A stretch of 64,000 nucleotides of DNA from Pseudovirgaria hyperparasitica (lineage: Eukaryota), in the NCBI GenBank assembly GCA_010093815.1, contig ML996566.1, one strand, 5' to 3'. A model generated the notes under the pieces. That model saw only the letters and a program-made list of their open reading frames with translations, was not told the origin of the DNA and did no database searches. Position 1 is the first letter of the stretch. Every line of letters begins with the position of its first letter. Below, in pieces: positions 59,061-64,000 of this stretch. Position numbers and translations under genes: made by a program.

Positions 59061-60206
59061 GGCTTTTGTTTTGTTTATGAATGGGGCGCTAGGCTGGATT
59101 GGGAAGGGCATGAAAGTGAATACATGGTGGGGGTGGACACTACTTTTCCGGGATGAAACGAGGGACTCTGTTTTTTGTGAGTGATGATGATGATTATGAT
59201 TATGATAGCTAGATGTAGAGTGCTGGCTGCTGTGTCTGGGTTTTCACTTATAGGTCGGGTTGAATAAGTGGAAAGTCTGATTCAAAGCGGAACTAAACTG
59301 GCGCAATAGGCTGGTTAGAGAATGAATAATGAGCTGTTTAATAATCGGTATCAGTGGCAGATACTCCTTGCATATCATTATGATCGATATAGGTCATACA
59401 TGAGGTAGTCAGGTTTTGATAGATCAGATGTGGAGACTGAGTGAAAGTATTGCTGGCAACAATCATCTCGTCATGTCGTCTGCTGGGCATGGCAAGATCC
59501 CCTGCTCTCTAGCACGTATTCTCGTGTGCATTATTCATGTCTTCCTGTCTTTTCCTACTCTATGGAGGAAGTGTACTGCATTACATGCCTCTCTGTAGAC
59601 GTTGGCTCTGATGCATGACCATCTATCCCTTAGAGATCACCAGTAACTTTGGGACTAGGCGCAAAGGTGGAGGAACAAAACTCAAGGCGGGCAACACACC
59701 TGGTATTTGGCCCAATATGATCTCCATTCATCACAGTCCCACAATACATATGTTTCAACGACCTTCCAGTGTTTCTGACTTATATATCCTTGCTCAAGAC
59801 CACCATTCACAGTGACGGTCATTAGCATTGTATTCTCTGACAACAGCTGCAATTGACAGTGTAATAAGTAACAGTGAAACAGATACTCGCATATGACTTC
59901 ATCATCAAGAGGGCAACATGATGCTGATCCATAAGCTAGTACGGTCAGTTGTGAGTAAATCCTATGCGGCAAGTATATAAAGACTACACTGGCTAGTCAT
60001 TCATAATCCTAGAGGCCATTAAGGCTGACTTTTAATTCTATGTTATCTGGTAAGTCGATGGAATTAGCTACTCCTCTGAAGCTGCATCCATTGTTCGTTG
60101 GTGAGGGACTCATGTAGCTGTAGTATTCGTCTTCTAAAAGGGGTTAGCAACATCGCATAAGGGGCTCATGCAAGGGCTCACTAAATATGTTTTCCTTCTC
60201 GATTTC

Positions 60207-60815
60207 CTATCCATCCCATTCCTCCATCTCGGCTTCATGTTCATCCCATTCCTCCATCTCGGCTTCCTGTTGATCCCATTCCTCCATCTCAGCTCCCTGT
60301 TGATCCCATTCCTCCATCTCGGCTTCTTGTTCGTCCAATTCCCTATTGCAAGCCAAATCTGCTTGTCGGTTAAATGCACGAGGAATCCATTCGTAGTTCA
60401 CATCTCCTCTCTCGCGTATTTGCTCATCAAGGCCACAGGTCTCTTTGATCAGATCCTGATTTGCAACTAATTTCCCCGAGGAAGTCTTCCAGCCATTGCT
60501 CTTCTAGTTATCATTCCATTCTTTCATACAACCGATAGCGTATTTGGAGTCTGAGCGGATCTCAACATTGAGCTTGGGAGAGGATCGCAACTCGTCATGC
60601 TTTTGCAAAGCTTGCTTGAGGGCAAGGTTGATAGCAGTGAGCTCTGCACGGGAGCTGGTAGGCTCTGGGAGGGACTCTCCACGTTCGAGTCGCTCGGTGT
60701 GTATCTTGGTTCTACCTGATGGCCCCTTCTCGATGGCAGCGGCAGCACCGACAGGCTGTTGAGCACCGTTGCGACGACAGCCACCATCAACCTCAAATAC
60801 TATGTTGTAGACCAT
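60207..60815 (-). pseudogene. RNase H1-like gene interrupted by one in-frame TAG (60506-60504); pseudogene or recoded gene
   Basis: VDGGCRRNG, PTSSRAELTAI, IRSDSKYAIGCMKEWNDN*KSNGWKTSSGKLVANQDLI, YEWIPRAFNRQADLA, all in one frame. Confidence 0.82.
60211..60330 (-). repeat. 30-bp tandem repeat x4 encoding (QEAEMEEWDQ) at the RNase H C-terminus
   Basis: Units at 60211, 60241, 60271 and 60301. Confidence 0.95.
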
Positions 60816-61795
60816 CGTAAAGCTTGAGCTTTGATGTACAAGTGAGGGAGACAGATCAGAAAAGGAACGTTTTGGCCAGGATAGGAGTACTGATCAAGAA
60901 GCAAAAAAACAGAAACGGTAATGAAGACAGAGGTTACAGAGGTATCAAGGGAAGGTGAAGCAGTGCTTAAGTGCAGCTTTTTAAGGTAGGCCGCTCTTCC
61001 CTTCTTTTGCTTCGGAAAGTGTGGTATGCTGCTGCCCCAAAGTACAGTAGCTTCACCTTGTAGTCCCTGCCTCCCAGGATAGGTAGCCATCTGCTTGGAG
61101 CTGTCTACATAGATTGTGTTACTAGGTATCAAGTTGAGTCATGATTCTCCTTAACCACCTTCACCTGGCATCAATCGATTCTCGAGGTGATGACACCCTC
61201 TGTCCTCGCTGGGTGATATAATCACCCGTCGTGGTATAACACAGAATCTAGCCTGAGTCATTGTACTATGTCTTTGATACAAAGAGTTGTACGTGTTATT
61301 AGCTTGATAAATGCATCTTTGCCCTGTCTGAAGCGAAGCTAAACTTTCACGAAACAGAAGCTCTCAAAAGTCGTGAATCACTGGAGCGAAACTCACAAAA
61401 CCTAACCATCTCTCCCAGCTCTATTATCTAGATGTATAGTATGCTCATTTATCTTGGAATATCTATAGATTATTGGTTAACTTAAACGTAGTACAGGATT
61501 TCCTTGATGTGGATCTTGACTAAAAAGAGAACTATCCACGACTTTTACAACGCGCTGTTCCACGAAAACGCAGCTCAAGATGTGATTGGCAGGTGCTTAT
61601 GCAAGAGATGGAGGGGATGGATTGGTGGGGCATCGTCATTTCTATCAATTCAATCACGCTCAATGACCACTATTATCAGTGAACTACACCCACTAATCAT
61701 CGCTATCGTCAGTCGATAAGCATATCTTCTCAAACAAGAAAGAGATAGTGTAGTCTACACACAAGGAGTCAGACCTCTGTGACAGATCACTCAAC

Positions 61796-62770
61796 ATGGA
61801 CACCACCAAACCACTTGACGTTTCCACCCAATTCTCCGCCAAAGACGAAGTCATTGTCGTGACCGGTGGAGGCACAGGTAGGTATGCGCCCTCATCTCCC
61901 CGGATAGCACGTCTCTAAAACTTCCCAGGAATCGGTCTAGCAATCGCATCCGCCCTAGCACACAGTGGTGCAAAGCGTGTCTACATCCTTGGCCGCCGTC
62001 TTGATCTTCTGCAGGACGCTGCTTGCCAATACCACAACGTCACGCCACTGCAATGCGATGTCACATCCATAGACAGTATTCGTACCGCCGTTGAAGTCGT
62101 CAGGAAGGAGTCCGACCATGTCGATGTACTCATCAACAACGCCGGCATCATTGGGCCTAATCACCTCGACGTCCACAAAGCCGAGACCATCGAGGACCTC
62201 TCTGGCATCCTCCTCAGGGATTGGGATAAATGGGAGCCGACATTCGCCACAAACACAACCGCGATCGTGGGTGTGTCTGCGGCTTTTTTGCCATTGCTAG
62301 ACGCAGCAAATCGAAGGAAGGGCTGGGAGAGTGGGAGGAAGGTTGCTCAGCGGGCGCGGTCACGAGAGATCAATGGGCTTGCGGAGGGTGTTGATGGGTC
62401 CGATCCGAGGACGGCACAGATTATCAGCGTAACATCGATCGTATCGTTCAACCGAAATATCACTGATGGACTAGCGTACTCTAGTTCGAAGGCGGGTGCG
62501 ACACATGTTGCTAAAATGCTTACTACCTTACTCGCGCCTTGGGGAATCAGGAGTAATGTTATTGCGCCAGGGTTCTTTCCTAGTGAGATGACGGCATCCA
62601 TAACTGATAAATCGTTCCCACCGGAGATGATCCCAGCGGGTAGGCAAGGGTCCTATGAGGACATAGCTTCACTGGCGTTGTTCTTGGTTGGTAGAAGTGG
62701 TGCGTATCAGAACGGTGTTGTTCAGATGCCTGATGGTGGTCGCATCTCCGTCCAGCCAGCGACCTACTAA
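61796..62770 (+). CDS. Short-chain dehydrogenase/reductase. Exons 61796-61877, 61929-62770
   Basis: VVTGGGT|GIG, CDVT, LINNAG, YSSSK catalytic motif, IRSNVIAPGFFPSEMT, IPAGRQG. Confidence 0.93.
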
Positions 62771-62981
62771 AAGATCATCATAGAAAAATGATAGACATAT
62801 ACGAGGCTTATCAAAGCCATTGGTACATTCCTCATCGCCATTCTAGACGTATCTGTCATCCCCAAAGATCGCTTTTGAACCACTCGCTAAGATGCAATTG
62901 TGCCCCTGAGCGGCATGCTGCCAAATGAGGCGTCACCAAAACTCCTATGAGCACCAAGCAAGACATGTACTCGATGATGAT

Positions 62982-64000
62982 TCATGAACTGCCGTCGCCG
63001 CCACCGCCACCACCATCACCACCGCTAACGCTACCGCCTTGCAAACTTCCCTCGTTGACGCTTGCACCCCCTTCTTCGGTGGTGCCATTGATCTCCTGGT
63101 ACTCTTCAATACTGACTCCCATTTCTCTCGCCAAGCGCTCCTCCTCCTTCTTCGCTCTGGCTGCCTCAGTCTCTCTTCGAAGCGCCTCAAGGTTCCAAGC
63201 ACCTGTGTTCTCATTATCATCGTCATCTTCATCCCCACTGGCGTCCCAATCACCACGCTCGAACAAGGCTCTGCCCGTTGCCTCCTTCATCGCGGCGGCC
63301 TGCTCCTCGGCGGCCTTCTTGTCGAGACGATTCTTCTTCCACACGGCGAACGACTCTTCTGTGACAGGTGTCAAGGTACCAGTAAGCTTATGTCGTTCAG
63401 ACTCTAGGAAGTCCTCGAGCGTGAGAGTGGCCATTGGCGACTTGTCCATTAGAGCCTTCTCAGCAGCACGTTGCTCCTTCGTCTTTAGTACGAACCTGGT
63501 ACCCATTAGATCGTAAGTTGACGATAGTTGGAAGAATACTCACCCAGGTGGTAGTGAATGCTTGTACATGCACTTGTCGCCACCATTCGGACACGTCCAA
63601 AACCAACCATATTTGCCGTTCTCCACAGCCTCGATAAAGAACTTGCAGACCTTTTCAGTCGTCGTTTTGGGGTTCCCATGCTTGGACAGAACGACGTTCC
63701 GCAGTTTCTCTTCGTCCCAGGTGGCCATATCATCCTTCTTTTTCTCCTCATCCTCTTCCTCCTGACGAGTGTCTGTATATAGCGACTTTTTCTCGCCTTT
63801 TCGCTCAATAGCGAGGTCATGTGAAAACTTACAGCGCTTACCTGGTCTTCAAGTTAGTGCATACCTACAATGAAAGTGTGTCAAATTTCCAATACCAACA
63901 TACCCTTCTCGCAGTGACCCTTCTTATAAAATTGACATAATATTGTCTTTGGGTCCACGCCGAATGGAACTTTCTGAGTCTGTACAGGTTTGAATAGTTC
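62982..64000 (-). CDS. TMA46: Tma46/ZC3H15 (DFRP1) CCCH zinc-finger protein; 5' end outside window. Exons >64000-63904, 63841-63544, 63495-62982
   Basis: [99 protein letters not shown]. Confidence 0.95.

Noticed and set aside
60207..60815. RNase H as a retrotransposon remnant
   Set aside because: No RT, integrase, gag or LTR nearby; it has its own ATG and resembles stand-alone fungal RNase H1-like genes.

Overview
Eukaryotic, intron-containing genomic DNA from a filamentous ascomycete (Pezizomycotina; short GT-AG introns with CTRAC branch points, RIP-like relics; class not determinable with certainty). About 20 genes, which I spliced by hand. The left ~19 kb is gene-sparse and microsatellite-rich: a CUS2/Tat-SF1-like splicing factor, a Mep/Amt ammonium transporter and an Ssk2-type MAPKKK. 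The middle holds an immunity-like neighbourhood: a HeLo-pseudokinase (MLKL-like architecture), a CFEM-like protein, a HeLo-like-NACHT-ankyrin NLR and, ~7 kb further on, a NACHT-ankyrin-SPRY NLR behind a RIP relic. The rest is mostly compact housekeeping genes (RIB7, pfkB/MAK32-like, TFB4, taspase, ARP3, F-box-like, TAF10, RSM19, MRE11, SDR, TMA46). Best leads: (1) an unannotated ~1040-aa disordered protein (54002-57533) with candidate eIF4E-binding, PAM2 and eIF4G-like PABP-binding motifs and two mutually exclusive N-termini; (2) the NLR plus HeLo-pseudokinase pair; (3) an RNase H gene intact except for a TAG at a conserved Trp; (4) possible stop-codon readthrough of the ammonium transporter; (5) a tRNA-like element lacking an anticodon arm. 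All family calls rest on motif recognition, not database searches.
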